From: Camelus dromedarius
Lineage: Eukaryota
DNA length: 64,000 bases
Direction: 5' to 3'
NCBI RefSeq assembly: GCF_036321535.1
Contig: NC_087436.1
Span: forward strand, 27,964,001 to 28,028,000
Notes under the pieces: model-generated
The model's database searches: none
What the model was told of the DNA's origin: nothing
What the model saw: the letters and a program-made list of their open reading frames with translations, nothing else
Translations under genes and position numbers: made by a program
Shown: positions 12,235-25,425 of the stretch, one piece after another
How the letters are laid out: each line of letters starts with the position of its first letter
How positions within the stretch are numbered: the first letter of the stretch is position 1

Positions 12235-12795
12235 CTTTCTTCTCTCCAGGCTATTCTCAGTAGAGCTGCCAGAGTGAACCTCTCAAACTATGTTCTGGAT
12301 GATGCCTTTCTCTCCTCAAAACCTTCCGTAGCTGCCCATGACCTTCAGTGGAACCATGCTCCTCAGAGTGGCCTGAAGTCTTCTAACCCCTTAGTGGCTC
12401 TGCCCTCATCTCCTCCTCTCTTCCTTTGCTCCCCATGTCCCAGGCACATGGGCTCTCTGTTGATTACTCACTATTCGCTCTCCTCTATCTGGGCTTTTAC
12501 ACCTCATCCAGCCACACCTCATCATTACAGTAGTCCCTGAGCACTCCACATTAAACAGAATCAACCACCCCTACACACACAGTTCTGGAGAGACAGCTGT
12601 GCCCATTCCCCTTACCCTGCTTCATTTTTGTTCATTGTAATTCTTGTTTATTACTAAATGTATTATCTATTTGTTTATTTTTATCCTCATTTCTCCACAG
12701 GAAATGAAAGCTCTGCAAGGACAGAGGCTTTGACTATTTTGGTTATTGCTGTATGTCCAGTTCCTGGAACATGGGGTCTCAGCAAATATTGTTAA
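12235..12795 (+). mobile_element. L2 (L2a-like) 3' region
   Basis: GCTGCCAGAGTGAACCTCTCAAA...CTCAAAACCTTCC...AAGCTCTGCAAGGACAGAGGCTTTG...TTGCTGTATGTCCAGTTCCTGGAACA..CTCAGCAAATATTGTT matches the layout of the L2 3' end. Confidence 0.85.
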
Positions 12796-12824
12796 AAGCC
12801 TGACACTATAGACAAAGCGTCAAC

Positions 12825-13020
12825 ATCTTTCACGCTTATCCAATATAATCTTTATATTAACTCTATACAGGAGATATTATGAACTGCATCTTACAGAGAA
12901 GAAAAGTGGAAGTTTAGTTAAATTATTTAAAATCCCCAAGATCACCACCTTGCAATTGGTGGACCAGGGCTTCTACACATTTAGGTTGATGTATTGCTTG
13001 GTATAGTGGCTTCTCCACTC
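12825..13020 (-). mobile_element. MIR SINE
   Basis: CATCTTACAGAGAAGAAAAGTGGAAG...CCCAAGATCAC...GGTGGACCAGGG, reverse-complement MIR core. Confidence 0.65.
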
Positions 13021-14330
13021 TATGCATTGCATTACTGAGGTTGCCAGTCATTTGGTAATTCAAAGGACATTCTAATGGCCAGCCCAATGATTCAAAATAA
13101 AATAATATTCACCACCTATCTTCTGTCTTAGTCATCAATCCCTGGGCCAGAAAGACATGAAGCAACAACTGGAACTGAAAGCCTCAAATAGTGCAATTTA
13201 GTTTTGGTTTTCTCTATTACGTGGAGAGAGTTATGTTGTCCTACACTTAATTCAAGGAATTACATTCAGGACTGCTATAACGCAAAACCAATAAATACTA
13301 TGTTTTTCTCAGCAGTATCATTCCTAAAGTTCTATGCCTTCTGCCATTACCAAACTGTGTCTCGATAGTTCAGAAAAAGTGTGAGATTCTCTCCACCAAG
13401 TACCCAACACACACTATGTTAATTTGCACAAATTTCTTACACTAGATACTGCCATATAAATGGATGATCTCCTTTTCATGACTTTCCTTCTCTTTCCTAG
13501 CCTTGTAGATGAAGTATATCAAATCTGCCTTAAAAATATCCCACTTAAATTATGACATAATGATCTTACTCAAGCCTTACACTGTCTCTTTGATAATTAA
13601 TTGTGCCTGTCAATGTTTAACAGTCTCCAGGGCATTTTAAGTAATTATTACAATCAGCTATTGTTTCTTTGTTATTTAAAGGATGGAAACATTAAGACAT
13701 CTATCTAATCAACACTCAGCATCAAGTGTAAGACAAAGTGTAGGAAAAGAGGTATGTTTACAGAGATTTAGAAATTCACAGTTTCCCATAGCTATCTTCC
13801 ACTAAAATTCTCAACTTCGTATCAGTTGCCATTTTCCTTAACAGGGTAATATGATTAAATATGTTGGAATAAACTAATATCCAGATCCTGCAAATTTACT
13901 CAAGTTGATTATCTTTCTTGCTAATGAAATATTTGAGAAATAACTTTATCAAATTTTACCATAAACATTTCTGAACTGAAAGGGAATAGCACTATATAGC
14001 TTATATAAGAAGGGATTTTAGAGTTTATTTAGAGGTGTGTGATACAGCAACTTAGGTAAGTGCATTAAAATCTAGGCAATAATGATTCTCTATTACCTAA
14101 TTATAGTTTAGCTAATCTTTCTTTTACACGTTACAAATTTTTTAAGAACTTACAAAGCCTGTTGTGCAAATGAGAGAAAAGTTGGATCTAACTGTTTGAA
14201 AAATTGGGAAAAAATAATTAAGATATATCACAGCATTTTGTGTTTATCCCCCCCACCACACACCCTTTTTTTGGCAATCAGTGAATACACTAGTTGTTTC
14301 ATTGTATAGTCACAAATACACAAATGTACT

Positions 14331-14781
14331 TATAATGGTTAATTTTATGTGTCAAATTTTCTGGGTTATAGTAACCAGATATTTGGTCAAATATTCTTGA
14401 TGTTTCTGTGAGTGTTTTTGGACAATATTACACTTAAATCAGTGGACTGTGAGTAAAGCAGAATGCCCTAAATAATGTGGGTGGGTCTACTCTAATCAGC
14501 TGACTATCTGAAAAGAACAAAAGATCACCATCCCAATCTCCCACCCTCAGCAAAAGGAAGTCCGCAGCAGACTGATTTTGGGTCTCAACTGCAGTTCTCT
14601 AGCCTGTCAGCCCACCCTACAGTTTTCAGACTTGCCATCTTCCATAATTCTACAAGCCAATTCATATTTATATATGAAAGCAACTTAGGTAAGTGGCTGC
14701 ATTAAACCTAGACAATAATGGTTCTTTATCACCTAAGCAAAGTTTAGCTAATCTTTCTTTACACTTTATGTTGTTTTGAGA

Positions 14782-14813
<32 letters not shown>

Positions 14814-14862
14814 ACACACACATTATGTTGATCCGTTTCTCCAGAGAACCCTGACTTATACA
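14331..14862 (+). mobile_element. ERVL solo LTR, MLT2 family, with perfect 5-bp TSD
   Basis: Starts TATAATGGTTAATTTTATGTGTCAA and ends GTTTCTCCAGAGAACCCTGACTTATACA. TSD GTACT at 14326-14330 and 14863-14867. Homologous to 46847-47322. Confidence 0.95.
14782..14822 (+). repeat. (CA)n microsatellite inside the MLT2 LTR
   Basis: About 20 CA units with one GA interruption. Confidence 0.95.
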
Positions 14863-16899
14863 GTACTTATCCAAAGAACAGATGAAAGAAGTGGATAAAG
14901 GGTATGGAGAAATATCTAGGCTATTCATTTAGTACAGACTGTTATAAAATTATAGTTAATTTCTATAGTTGTAATATATTTCAAGGAATATTAATTCAGA
15001 GCTTTAATGAATTTTTAACCTCTCTTTTCTGTATCAAAGTGCACAGATAATGATTATTTTTGGAATTTTGCCACAATATCATTCAGCTCCTCTCTTACAT
15101 AAATATTGGTATGTGTGTAACAATACAATAATATGATACCATATGAGACCAAATTAGCTTTAAAGTGTATTTGTTTTTCTGTGATTTTTTATTAAATATT
15201 TTTTTCAGATCATTAAATTTTTTCTGGGAATCTACTATCTTATAAAACTAAATATTTCTGAAGAGTCCTTATGGAACTGATAGGTTAACAAATCAAAAAT
15301 AAGTATTATTTGAGGTAATGGGAAATGTAGGCTACATGTGTGAAGCTACAAAGAATACATATGATAACTTAAGAGCAGTAAGTATTAAATAGAAGTAGAA
15401 AGATTTCTAAACTTCTGGATATTTCAACCTTGGTTAATAAAGTGATTTTCAGTCTCTTTATATCCAAATAAGAAATATAAATTAATTATCTTAATAGCTT
15501 AATATTAATCCATATAATTGATCTCTGAAAGTTGAGATTTTAAAAATATATAACTTTGTATGACAAGAATCTTTAACTTTTTCTTTTTTAAATTTTAGCT
15601 AACCTGTAAATTAGGGATTTGGTATGCATGCTTATTTTCTTTTAATAAATTAATGCTAACAAATAAAAATCATTATACTTATTGAAGTATTCTATATATG
15701 TCTAGTGCACTATGCCACAACTTTATACACTATTATTCTTGCTGACTGTATTTTTTTATTTGGCCATTGTGCACTAATAGAAATCTTGCAGTAAATAGAA
15801 ATCCTTTTATAAAAGCTTTCTACTTTTCTGGAGTCAGACTGTCTGGTACTTACTATCCCATTCATGACCCATGGAGACATTCAATACCAAAAAAAGAATA
15901 TTAAGGGTGACAATTCACCACAAAATACATCATGAAAAACAATGACTAAACTAAATGATGCTGTAAACAAAGATACTTAATGAGAAACGGAGATCTCCAG
16001 TCATTGTGTGCCATCCAACTAGTTCACCATATCTCAGGAAAAGAGTTTTCACAAATGTTTACTTAGAATGCTTGGGGGGAAAAAAAACAACAAAAAAAAC
16101 CCAGATGTGAACATTACAGAAAGCTTATAAAGCTTATGCTGTTTTGGAGTAAAGAACTGGATTGTCTTTTCAAACTGGCTGACTAGAAAATTCATAAGGG
16201 AAAAAAATGACAAAATAAACTATATTTTGGGTTACAAAGAGAGGTACTTTTAAATTAATGCTGCCTTAGTGAAAGGATCAAACCATCCCCAATTTAATCC
16301 TTATTCTTCTTCATCCAAACTATTTTTTTCAAATATGGAAGCCAAATCATTGTTTTTAATGATCATTAGTTTACGTTCCAAGGAGAAAAGAGAAATGGGT
16401 TGCCAGATTGGAAATTACAAACGTAGAAAAGAGATAAACCACAAAAACCAGAACCCTGAAAGGATAAAATGTTTACTGGCTACAATTTTCTTATTTAGAA
16501 CAGCAAACAACAACAGAAGAACTGAGGTAGATGGAGAGAACACCATCTCTGTTCCTGCATATCTGTAACAAATATGTGTCCTGAGGTCTAGTCATTAATC
16601 TCCTGTGTAAACATCATTTCACCTTCTGTATATTTTTAACACCTTTAATAAAACCTATGCTTTCACCAATTAGAACAACACTTTTTTCACTATCTGAAGA
16701 ATAGAAATTGACTTCTGTAATTATATTTGGATATATTTATTAATAATAAAAAATGAACATATAAAAGGTAAATGATTCAAAGATGTATTGGCTAAATTTT
16801 CTGTAGAAGGAAGATAATATACTATTTCAAAATGAAGTGATCTTCAAAGTTATTTAAGAAAATAGTCTAATTTATTTAGTTCTAGTTTCAGAAGAAAAA

Positions 16900-19800
16900 A
16901 TAGATTTACATAAAGAACATGAGAGAATGAATAGAGGTAAAATAACATTTTTTTTATTCTTAATTGATCAAAAGATAATTCTGATTAAAGAAATAGTGAC
17001 AATGGTTCAGAATTTATAATATGTATCAGTGAAACGAATAACATCAAAATCATAAAGGCTTAGGCAAAGGAACTTGGAATACTTTATTATAAAGCACATG
17101 AACTAACTGTGAAGCAGTATAGCATTATTTGAAGATTAAGCTATGTTAGAAAAATGTGTATTGTAGACCCGAGAGCACCCACCTAAATGTTTAAAAAGAA
17201 GGATACTGATATGCTAAGAAAGAATCATATAAAAGGCTCAATTTAAAGAAGAGATGTCAGAAACATAAAACAAATGCAGGGAAAAAAATAGTAACATGTT
17301 AGAAGTTAATTCAACTATATCAATAATCTCCATACATGAATGTATAAGTATACTAATTAAAGACAGAGATTGTCAGAGTGGATTAAAAAGGTCCAATTAT
17401 ATCTTAATTAGAAATCCACTTTAAGTGTAAAATAAACACATTGGTTAAAAGTAAAGGAATGGCAAAATATTATCATGCTAACACTAATCAAATGAAAGCT
17501 GAAGTTGTTATAATAATTTCATATGAAACAAATTTGAGAACAAGAAAAATGATGGGAGATTAAGAGGAGTGTTGCATAATGATAAATGGGTCAATTTGTC
17601 AATTCTCCAAAAAGATATAACAATCTTAAATATGCATCTGTCTGAGAGTACAGAATCGAAGTACATGAGGCAAAACTGAAAGAACTGCAAAGAGAAATAG
17701 ACGAACCTACTATTATAGTTGGATGCCTTAGCTTCCCTCTTTTAGTAATTCATAGATCAAGCAGGCAAAAAATCAGAAAAGATACAGTTGACGTAAATAG
17801 CACAATCAATCAAGATACTCTAATTGACAATTATAGAATACTCCACCCAAGAACAGGAGAATACACATTTTTCTCAAGCTCATATGCAATAGTCACTAAG
17901 GAAACACATTCTGAGCTATAAAATATACCTTAAAATATTAAAAGAATAGAAAACAAAGTATGCTCTTACTACATGGAATTAAATTATAAATTAATAACAG
18001 AAAGATGGAAATCCCAAATATTCAGAGATTAAATAACACACTTCTAAATAATACATGAGTCAAAGAAGAAATCTCAAGTAAATTTTTAAAAATTATTTAA
18101 AAATATAAAACATAAAAAATCAAACTTTATAAGAAATTAGTTCTAAGGCTTTAGAATTAAATGCATATATTAGAAAAGTAGAAAGATCTAAAATCAGTAA
18201 TCAAAGCCTCTGCCTTAGGAAATTTTGGAAAGAAGACCACCTTAAGTAGAGGAAAATAAATAATAAAAAAGAGTAGAAATCAATGAATTTGAAATCAGGA
18301 AATCAATATAAAATGAATGAAAGTAAAAGCTAATCCTTTGAAAATATCAATAAAACTGATAAACCTCTAGTCATGCTATCCAATGAAATCAAGAAAGAAA
18401 TTACAAATTAATATCAAAATGAAAGTAGTTATTACTAATGATCTCATGGACATTAAAGAGTTGATAAAGAATACTATTAATAACTCAGTGTTCACAAATA
18501 TGCTAACTCAGATGAGACAGACCAATTCCCTCAAAGACAAAATCAACCAAAACACACACAAGGCGAAATAGATAATCTCAATAGAGCTGTATCTGCTCAA
18601 GAGATTGAACCAACAATTAATAGCCTTACAAAAAAAGAAAGCATTAAACTCAAATATTTTTACTGGTGAATTCTACCAAACATTTAAGGAAGATGTGACG
18701 ACTAATTCCTCACAACATTTTCCAACGAATAAAACCAAAGTGAGCCCTTCCTAATTCATTCTGACATCAGCATTACTCTCATGTCAAAATAAGATAAAGA
18801 CATTACAAGAAAGGCTCATTGAAAACCAGTATTTCATGAAAATAGATGCAAACATTCTTCAGACAATATTAGCAAGACTGAATTCAATACTAGATTAAAA
18901 GAATTATACACCATGACCAGGTGGAATTTATTCCACTTATATAAGGCCAGTTCAACACTATAGCAACAATAATCAAGCAATATAATCCACTGGATCAATA
19001 ATATAAAAAATAAATATCACCCATTGATGATTTTACAAAACTCAGAAAACTAGAAGTAGGAGAGAATTCCATCCATTTGAAATAATACATCTACAACCCT
19101 ACAGCTAATATCAAACGTAATGGTGAGAAACCAGATGCTTCATCCCTAAGATCAGAAACAATACAAAGATATCATGTCTCTCACCACTCCTATTCAACAT
19201 TTTAGTTAGTCTATTTACACAAGAAAAGTAAATAAATTGTATAGAGATTAGAAATAAATAAAACTGTCTCTCTTCATAAATAATATAAAAAAATCCCAAA
19301 GAACTGATGAAAAAATTTCTTGGAACTAATAAAAAGGTACTGTAAAGTTGTTAGATGTAAGGTTAATATTCAAAATTTAATCGCTTCCCTATATTCAAGC
19401 AATGAACCACCGGAATCTGAAATTCTAAAATACCAATAACAATAGTACCAAGAACAATGAATTACATAGGAGTAAATCTAACAAAATATGTACAGAATCA
19501 AAATACACAAATTTACAAAATTCTAGTGAAAGAGAAAAAGAAGGTGTAAAGAACTGGTGAGATATTTCATGCTTATGGTTTGGAAGACTCGGTATTGTTA
19601 TGTGTCGGTTTTTCCCAACTGATCTATAGGTTCAGCACCATCTCAGTCAAAATGACAACACATTTTTATTTGTGGATATTGACAAGCTGATTGTGAAGTT
19701 TATATGGAAAGGCTAGGGACCCAGAATAGCCAACAAAATACTAAAGGTGAAAAAAATTAAAGGACTTGCATTATCAGTTTCAAGAACTTGTATAAAGCTA

Positions 19801-22800
19801 CATTAGTCAAGACAGCTGGTTTGGGGAAACAATTGAAACACTGATCCATGGAACAGAAAAAAAAGCTCATAAATACACAACACAAATATAGACAGCTGAT
19901 CTTTGACAAAGGAGCACAGGCAATTCAATAAAGGACAGTCTTTTCAACAAATGCTACCAGAGGAATTGGATATTAATATTCAAAACAAAGAATAAACTTA
20001 GGCACAAATTTTATACCTTTCATAAAATTATCTCAAAAATTGATCATTATCTAAGATTAAAAGGTAAAAACACAAATTTCTTAGTAGAAAACAAAGGAGA
20101 CAACCTAGATGACCATGACTTTGATGATGAATTTTTAGATACAAACTGAAAAGTGACATTCATATAAAAAAAATTGGAAAGTTGAATTTCATTAAAATTA
20201 AAAATTTATGTTCTCTGAAATACACAGTTATTAGGATCAAAAGTCAAGCCACAGACTGGGAGAATGTATTTTCTAAAGACATTTTTGATAAAGGTCTTAG
20301 AATCAAAATATGCAGAGAAATTTTATACCTCAACAATAAGAAAATAAGCAACCAAATTTAAAATAAGCAAAAGAGTACTTTAGGGACATCACCAAAGAAT
20401 ATAAACAGTTGGAAAATGAAGTATGAAAGTTGCTCCACATCATAAGTTATTAGGGAATTTTTAATTAAAACAACAATGAAACACAGCTATATAACTATTA
20501 CAATGTCTAAAATTTAAAAAAAATATTGATATTACCAATTTCTGGCAAGGACGCAGGCCAACAGGAACTCTAATTTACTGCTAGAGGAAATACAAAATGC
20601 AAGACTTTGGAAGACAATTTGGCAGTTTCTTAGAAAGCTAAACATAGTCTTGCCATATGATCTTGCAGTTATGATCCTAGATATTTAGCCAACTGATTTG
20701 AAATGTTACATCTACACATGAATATTTATAGCAGCTGTATTCATAATTATTAAAAAAGGAAGACACCAATAAGTATTAATAGATAAATGGATAAACAATA
20801 TGTGGCACAAAAATAAAATGGAATATTATTGAGAAATAAAAATGAGTTATTAAGCTACAAAAAGTTGCGGATCAACAGTACATGCATATTGCTAAGTGAA
20901 AGAAGCCAAATTAAAAAGACTACAAATTATATAGTTCTTCTTATATAATAACCTGAAAATGTCCAAACCGTGGAGACAATAAAAAGACTGATAGTTCCCA
21001 GGGATTTCTCATTGTCAGAGTAAATCTGAATGGGTGAAACACAGGGGATGTTTTAAAGTGGTAACTATCCCTGTTATGTTATGTTATTGTATTTGTGAGT
21101 ACATGACATTGTCCATTGGTCAAAATGAGTAGTATCTTACAGTACAAACCTTAATGTATGCAAATTTAAAAAATTATTTAGGAGGCTGAGGGATCCCAGG
21201 AAGGAATGTAGAATAGGGCAAAACACGTAACTGTGTTAAAAGTGTCTGAAATAACCATGCTGAAGGGAACAGGGGAAAATGGGTTGACCAAGTACACTTT
21301 GGAAATGAACAGCATAAGTAAATTTAAAGACAAAAGAAGCTTCACGTCAGCACTGTACTCGAGCTGATAATGGCGTGCCACATAAGGTTAGGGATGAAGA
21401 ATTCTGATATTGCTATATATGTTGAAAAATGAGTAAATGGATGACTGACAGTGAAAGCCACGTTTTTCCACTATTTCAGTGAGAGCTTACAGAGAAGCAA
21501 GAGGAAGAAGCCAGAATATCCCATAGAGTAATCAAACAGAGTTAAAGATCTCAGTATGAATTCATGTTAAACTATTATAAGTTCAGATGTATACTTAGAG
21601 AAATATTTATGGATTTATATGTACACGGAGGTTAGTATTCACACATATATTTCCTTGTCTGTCTGTTGAGAGGGCCTAGAAACAATGACATGCTCGTTGT
21701 AATAAGTACCCCTAGCACCTGAACCTTGGCTTCTGATTCCACTCTTTAGTAAATAAAAAAACAGGGCACCTTGAAGAAATGACTAATCTTAGGATAGGAC
21801 AGGAGATATGTAAGATGAGCCTGGAGCACCTTACCATGCCAGAAAATGAGGAAAAGCTCAAAAAAGAAGAAAATAAATTAAAAGGCAAAAAACCCTACAC
21901 ACAAGTGATGGAGGTTTGTAAAAGTTCTAGGAATTCAACAGAGAATTCCACAGAAAGAGCTCCCAACAGCCAAAGCAGGGAAACAATTTGATCAACTAAA
22001 TCAATAAAGCTGAACTGAATTATAACCCATGCTTGATTCCACCCTGATATAAATAAACAGTTAAATAAATGAATAACAGAAGGATAGAGATAAATCTCTA
22101 ATGCAACAGAATTCCAAACACATATGTGGATACTGTGCCCTCAGGGAGGGAGCACAGACCTCCCCACTCCATATGTGTGGACTGCCTGTAGTGACTTCCT
22201 TGGAAAGAGTATATTTTGGAAGAAGGAAAAGAATAAAGAGTAATTTCACATTGGAGAAACCCGACAAACTGCTTCAGCCAGGTGACCAAGGTTAGCATCA
22301 ACAGTGATAAATCTTGTTGATAGCACGTACCCTTGATATGAGGTAAAGAAAATGTCACGCTTCCTCTGTGACCTTCCTCCCCCAAATTCACAACCCCAGG
22401 GTACTCATGAAAAAAAAAACATTAGACAAATCCCAATTGAGGAGCATTATATAAAATACCTACTCTCAAAAATGTCAGGGTCATTAAAAACCAGGAAAGT
22501 CTGAGAAACCATCACAGATAAGACTTCAGAGATCTGACAACTAAATGTCATGCTGTATTCTGCATAGGATGCTCTAACAGAAAATGACATTCGATAAAAT
22601 CTAAGGAACTAGGACTAACGTATAGATTTGTCAATGATAATGAGTCAGTTAATTCATTATTATGACAAATGTACCATACCAATATAAGATTTTAATAATA
22701 AAGGAAATTTGGTGCAGGGTAAATGAGAACTGGTTGTAATATCTTGCAATTTTTCTATAAATCTCAAAAACATTCTAAAAATTCCAAATTAAAGTTTATT

Positions 22801-22805
22801 TAAAA
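16900..22805 (+). mobile_element. Old LINE-1, L1MC/L1MD-type (inter-ORF region, decayed ORF2, long 3' UTR)
   Basis: Colinear decayed EN, RT and C-terminal ORF2 sequence (e.g. GACAGAGATTGTCAGAGTGGAT, ACTGGTGAATTCTACCAAACATTTAAGGAAGA, CTGATCTTTGACAAAGGAGC). A ~1.9-kb 3' UTR follows, containing GGAGAAACCCGACAAAC..AGCCAGGTGACCAAGGTTAGCATCAACAGTGATAA and ending AAAGTTTATTTAAAA. Confidence 0.92.
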
Positions 22806-23004
22806 TATGTGGTGATGTACTTTTACTAAGGTTACTTATTTATTAATTAAGGTTATTTATATACTTGGACTCATAGCATTAACAAATAATATCTGCTCTC
22901 AAATGTCTTAATCTGTGTCTGACATTCAGTTATTGTCAGAATGCCATATGAGATATTTAATAGTTGAGGAAAATTTATTAAAGATCAGTTTATCTTGCTT
23001 CACA

Positions 23005-23130
23005 TAGATCATTTTTATCCAAAAATATATCTACTAGGGACTACTACATACTTAGCTCTATAGTCAACGTTACTAGTACTGTGTATACAAGATTATTATG
23101 TTCTCTTCACAGAACATTTAGTCCTGAATC
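23005..23130 (-). mobile_element. L2 3' fragment
   Basis: TCATTTTTATCCAAAAATATATCTACTAGGGACTACTAC...TTCTCTTCACAGAACATTTAGTC; weak reverse-complement L2 tail. Confidence 0.4.
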
Positions 23131-25224
23131 TAGTTGGTAAAATCAGGATAAAATCATTATAAGAACTGTTTAAAATGTTTCATATGGAGAAGTATACATT
23201 CTCCATATATATGGGGAGTGACATGTAACTCTTGTAACTGTATTAAAATATTTCTTTCTTCAGACAGTTAAATTTGAATTATGTCACAATGAGAACTCAG
23301 AACACAAAATTTGATCACCTCTTTATTAAGCTATATTGAGAAGAACATCCTTTCGAAAAACCCATTGTTTCTGTTTTATACACAAACAGAATTTTGTTCT
23401 CCTACGAAATGTATTAAATACACTTTGTTCGGGGAATGATTAATTTGGAGGCACTTGTTGCTCTTAGGGAATCACCCCAAATTCATATTAAAAGTCACTG
23501 AATTGTACATGCAAAAATTAGCCCATTTAATTTCTAACCATTTAAAATGAACTCTTTAATGATGTTATATGACAATTTCTTTAAATAAAACTTTTCCCTT
23601 TCTGTTCTGTATGCTCAGGAAACTTATCTCAACACTGTGCAAACACAGAGCTCAGCAGGAAGAAAGGCCCCACAGAGATCACATGGCCTGGTGCAACCAG
23701 GTGTGTGTGCCAGAGGAGCCCAAGTAACAGAAGTCACTTAAAGGGCAGCAATTTTGGAAATAATGACTTGGGTTTGGAATGATTGATGAATTCAGTATAT
23801 AATTTGTATAGTTCAATTAAAGGTGGTTAAATGAAGCATTTTAAATTTTGCATGAAAACAGATATAAATTAATAGGACTTTAATAGTCTGGGGAGGACAA
23901 CAAAAATCAATCAATAGAAGATGTGAGGAGAGAGGGATTTTGAAAAGTATGTCTGTGTTCAAAGGCGAAGGAGTAATTTTCCCTTACTAAGGGACTTTAA
24001 AAGTGGAGCCTTGGTGGGCCCATGACACAACCTGACACAACCGTGTCTGCAGCAGACCCTGGATTCCTATTCCACCAACAGATTCTGTGAAGTGAGGTGT
24101 TCAGTAGTAGTTCTCTCCATTTTGGATGTGCAGCCAGGCCTAAATCTGAGATGATTCTGAGACTTGAGAGAAGAATTTAACAGGAAAATGCAATTTTAGT
24201 TCCTCCTGTGATGTTGTCTTCTTGTCAGTGTGGATTACAGGAAATTAGTTTGAGTCTTCCAAAAATATGAACTTCTAAAGGTAAGTAAGAGTAAGACATT
24301 TACAGTAAAAAGCATTGAGTTATCACTTACAAGGTAGATGAAAGAAATTTCTTTAATGAAAATAAAACAATATATTTTAATGGGAATTTTAAAAAGAAAA
24401 GAAGCTCACAGACTTGTAGTTTCCTCTGTAAAACCAGAGTGTATTGTAATGAGAGGTTTCCTACACAGCTGAAACCTGCTGGCTTTGTGCCTTACGACCA
24501 CCTCGCATACTGGAAACCCAGTCCTCTTGATTTCAGCTACTGCTGATTCCCCTATAGGAGCAGTGCTGCCTCACTGCACACACTAGTCCTTAGGATAACG
24601 TCCAGAAATGGAGATGTGCAGTTCCAGCCCTCGTAACTATAAGCCATAAGTAGCAGCCTCTTGCCTGGACAAATGGTTTTGTTTTCTGCCCTTGAACATG
24701 CATTCTGGTTAAACAAGTTATACCTTTGGTGTTGCCTAGAAAAATCCTAAAATGGTCTTCCCATAATTTTACCCTACACTGTATCAAATTAATGCACTTA
24801 TTTATGTACAAAGTCTCCTAACGTCTGCCGTTCTCACTTCTTTCCATTCATTTGACTGCTAAAGACTTTAGTAGCTTTGACAAGCACAATACACACATAC
24901 CTACGCACAGGGAAGGACAATGATGTTTCAAAGTTTATCAGAAGACTTTAAAACAGCCCTATTAAATCACTCAGTAGTAAGTACCACAGCTCTTCATAAG
25001 CACTTTGATTTCTAATGCATGAAAATTAGTTTAACATATGTTAAATTCACTTTCTTGACAGTTATTGATAGTTTTCCTTCAATCATAGTATCATCATAAT
25101 ACATGCCATGCAATTAACATTGTGTGATTGATACAATTCCGAAAAATGTATTAAAGAGTATGTAATAAATACCTCCTCTGACGTTATTAGATAGGGAGGA
25201 AAACATTTCATGATAAGAAAAAAA

Positions 25225-25425
25225 AACAGCACTGAAGTCAAAAACTGGTTTCTTATTTATTGCGACCTTCCTATATCACTGAGTTTACACATGGGAAAAT
25301 AATGCACACCTTAACCAACTATTGTGAGAGTTTACAATGTACATATTTTTTAAAAATATGTATTTATAAAGTGACTTGGATCCTGCCTGAGATATAATAA
25401 GAGTTTAATAAACAGTTGCAGTAGC
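25225..25425 (+). mobile_element. MIR SINE (degraded)
   Basis: ATGGGAAAATAATGCACACCTT..ATTGTGAGAG...TATAAAGTGACTTGGATCCTGCCTGAGATATAATAAGAGTTTAATAAA. Confidence 0.65.

Noticed and set aside
23182..23208. 10-bp hairpin ATATGGAGAA/TTCTCCATAT (similar 9-bp one near 27110-27138)
   Set aside because: Short stems with loops are expected by chance in 64 kb of AT-rich DNA.
24490..24570. Possible minus-strand exon (ESAVAEIKRTGFPVCEVV) ending at GTAAGG
   Set aside because: The acceptor has no polypyrimidine tract and the peptide is not recognised.
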